DNA of 38,432 nt, from positions 1-38,432 of IMG/VR virus record IMGVR_UViG_3300008005_000036. One strand, written 5' to 3'. How positions within the stretch are numbered: the stretch's first letter is position 1; each line of letters begins with the position of its first letter. Source of the DNA: a virus. Its lineage: Duplodnaviria; Caudoviricetes. Shown one piece after another: positions 36,354 to 38,432 of the stretch. Made by a program: the position numbers and the translations under genes. The notes under the pieces are model-generated. The model did not search any database. It was not told where the DNA came from and saw nothing but the letters and a program-made list of their open reading frames with translations.

Positions 36354-36671
36354 TTATATATTTTTAATTTTGAGATAGCTGTCCAAATAGCTTTGGATGT
36401 TCCTGGCACCAATTGGATTTTGGCTGTGAACATAGAAAGCAAAATTTTCAGGAATAATGTTATTAGCCATATCATAATCAACCATCCATTTGGCAATATC
36501 ATAACCAGTTGGCTCATTGTCGCCCAAATCGTGATCAAAACTTACAAAGGCGGGGAATCCTTTCTCTAAAATAATGGCCTTAACCTCGGCCATAGTTCTA
36601 CCGATCACCCATTCACCAACTTGGTTCTTCTGAGGCGGAAAACGCTCATCGTCAATAAAAAGCGAATACAT
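36354..36671 (-). CDS. Cyclic-phosphate-processing receiver-like domain protein
   Basis: LFIDDER, SFDHDLG, TGYD and VHSQNPIG; AGGAG RBS. Confidence 0.75.
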   Translation of the reverse strand: MYSLFIDDERFPPQKNQVGEWVIGRTMAEVKAIILEKGFPAFVSFDHDLGDNEPTGYDIAKWMVDYDMANNIIPENFAFYVHSQNPIGARNIQSYLDSYLKIKNI

Positions 36672-36679
36672 GTTATCTC

Positions 36680-37474
36680 CTATTTAATTGCTTGCCAATA
36701 AGGGTGCAGTTTATGCGAACCATTTTTTAAATCAATTAATTTACTGCTTCCTCGGTCTTTTCTTGGTCCTTTCAAATGGTCCATGTATTTACCAAGTTCT
36801 CCATTAATAAACGGATGCTTGTCGTCCCCATTCGTTCCTATATTGTTTGATTTTACACCTATTTTTTCTAATTGCAACCTTACAAAATCAAATACATGAC
36901 AATCGGTATACCCTTCATTAAAATACGAATTATTTTCAATTAGATTATTATCATAAATATTTTTGGCTTGTTTAACGTATTCCAAAATCTTAGGGTGTCG
37001 TCTATTGAATGCCAAAAACCCAGTTTCAGTATACATTTTTTTTCTACCCAAATATGTCACAAAACTATTGGAAGGGCATAACTTTTCTAAAAATTTAACG
37101 GGTATTTTTGTGTGAGTAATACTGTCTCCATCTAACCATATTACCCAATCTGTTGTTAAATTTTCTATTGCATGAAACATTACATAACTTTTATGAGCAA
37201 ATTTTACAAAATCATATAAAAAATCATATTTTGTATTTTTATAACCATTTAATTTTGATATATTTTTATTTTTACTTTTAAATTTGTTTAAATCATTTAA
37301 ATTTTTTAAGTTGATATTTTTAATTTTATAATTTTGCTTGATAGAAAAATCTTCGGTATATACAAAATATTTAATATCATTCGGCCAATAATCCAGGAAC
37401 GAAGAAATATTTTTGTAACCATAATCTTCGTACCCGGATCTATGCAAAGTAGTAAAAGCGGAAAAGGTAATCAT
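36680..37474 (-). CDS. GT-A fold glycosyltransferase
   Basis: FVYTE, FAHK, IWLDGD (DxD), ETGF, DCHVFD, HLKG; directly downstream of gmd. Confidence 0.75.
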   Translation of the reverse strand: MITFSAFTTLHRSGYEDYGYKNISSFLDYWPNDIKYFVYTEDFSIKQNYKIKNINLKNLNDLNKFKSKNKNISKLNGYKNTKYDFLYDFVKFAHKSYVMFHAIENLTTDWVIWLDGDSITHTKIPVKFLEKLCPSNSFVTYLGRKKMYTETGFLAFNRRHPKILEYVKQAKNIYDNNLIENNSYFNEGYTDCHVFDFVRLQLEKIGVKSNNIGTNGDDKHPFINGELGKYMDHLKGPRKDRGSSKLIDLKNGSHKLHPYWQAIK

Positions 37475-37476
37475 TA

Positions 37477-38432
37477 TCAGCTATATCTTTTAATATCTTC
37501 TCGTGTCATTAAGCTGATTAAATCAGCGAATTTCATTTTAGGAGTCCAACCTAGTTTGTTTTTGGCTTTAGCGGAATCACCATGTAAACTGAACAATTCT
37601 GCCGGTCTTTTAAACCTTGGATCTATTTTGATGAATGGTTGCCAATTAGATACGCCAATTTCACCAAAAGCAATATCTAAAACTTCTGCAATAGAATGTG
37701 TTTCGCCTGTTGATATAATATAATCATCTGGGGTATCCTGTTGAAGCATTAACCACATGGCCTCGACGTAATCTCCAGCAAAGCCCCAATCTCTTTTACT
37801 ATCTGTGTTACCCAAACTGATATGTGTGTCCAATCCGGCGTTTATTCTAGCAACACCATCTGTAATTTTTCTAGTAACGAACTCTTTTCCACGTATTGGG
37901 CTTTCGTGATTAAATAAAATTCCAGAGCAAGCAAACATGTTATAGCTTTCTCTAAAATTAATGGTCATCCAATGGCTGTATAATTTAGCAATAGCATATG
38001 GTGATCTGGGTTTAAATGGTGTTTCATCATTTTGTAAGCCATTTATGTGGCTATTGCCAAACATTTCACTGGTTGATGCTTGGTAAAATTTACTTAACGG
38101 GCTGAAATGTTTAAGTGCATTTAAAATATAAAGAACACCCAAACTGTTTACATCGGTAGTTAATTTACTTTGTTCCCAACTACTTCCCACAAAACTTTGA
38201 GCAGCTAAATTGTAAACTTCATCTGGACGGATGGATTTAACTATGCTCATGAGACTACCTTCGTCGGTTAAGTCGCCATTAACCAATTCAATATCATTCA
38301 TAATATCCAAATATTCCATATTAGAAAAATTTGGATTGGTATATCTTTTAATTAAACCAAAAACTCTATAATCTTTTTCTAACAAAAGTTTAGCCAAATA
38401 TGCACCATCTTGGCCTGCTATTCCGGTAACAA
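37477..38432 (-). CDS. gmd: GDP-mannose 4,6-dehydratase (5' end beyond the window)
   Basis: Frame is open to the window edge: VTGIAGQDGAYL; NLAAQSFV, QASTSE, SPYAIAK, LFNHES, FVTRKI, RDWG. Confidence 0.95.
   Translation of the reverse strand, partial: VTGIAGQDGAYLAKLLLEKDYRVFGLIKRYTNPNFSNMEYLDIMNDIELVNGDLTDEGSLMSIVKSIRPDEVYNLAAQSFVGSSWEQSKLTTDVNSLGVLYILNALKHFSPLSKFYQASTSEMFGNSHINGLQNDETPFKPRSPYAIAKLYSHWMTINFRESYNMFACSGILFNHESPIRGKEFVTRKITDGVARINAGLDTHISLGNTDSKRDWGFAGDYVEAMWLMLQQDTPDDYIISTGETHSIAEVLDIAFGEIGVSNWQPFIKIDPRFKRPAELFSLHGDSAKAKNKLGWTPKMKFADLISLMTREDIKRYS

Noticed and set aside
35117-37723. Plus-strand ORFs over the minus-strand block (35117, 36005, 36339, 37334)
   Set aside because: They overlap motif-supported minus-strand genes.
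1-38432. Stop-codon reassignment as seen in some jumbo phages
   Set aside because: Conserved genes are full length and densely packed under code 11, and both TAG (primase) and TGA end genes at sensible positions.

Overview
This is an AT-rich, gene-dense segment of a large T4-related dsDNA phage, most likely a jumbo myovirus, read in the standard genetic code. 1-16.3 kb is a recombination/replication module: gp32-like SSB, UvsX, UvsY, UvsW, a probable gp62-like clamp-loader subunit, a 198-aa miniature PolIII-alpha (DnaE) core, a TGT-fold DpdA-like transglycosylase, primase and gp41 helicase, with a few late-promoter virion genes interspersed. 16.3-33.5 kb is a long late cluster of probable head/internal proteins. 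Many share a T4 capsid-targeting-like N-terminus (M-K/R-h-x-E-h-h-E), and several are multi-enzyme fusions joined at putative prohead-protease sites (ligase-like plus Pol-beta nucleotidyltransferase; zincin plus kinase; Cys-His-Asp enzyme). The cluster also holds an inorganic-pyrophosphatase domain, an IscA/ErpA Fe-S carrier and a homing-endonuclease-like insertion. 33.5-38.4 kb holds a PD-(D/E)XK nuclease, then a minus-strand block with a cyclic-phosphate-processing receiver, a glycosyltransferase and gmd (cut by the window end). Non-coding highlights are a candidate ~125-nt late-promoter sRNA with three hairpins plus a terminator (minus strand, 7491-7618) and five CTAACA repeats in the SSB leader. 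All family calls come from motif recognition by eye; no database searches were run.
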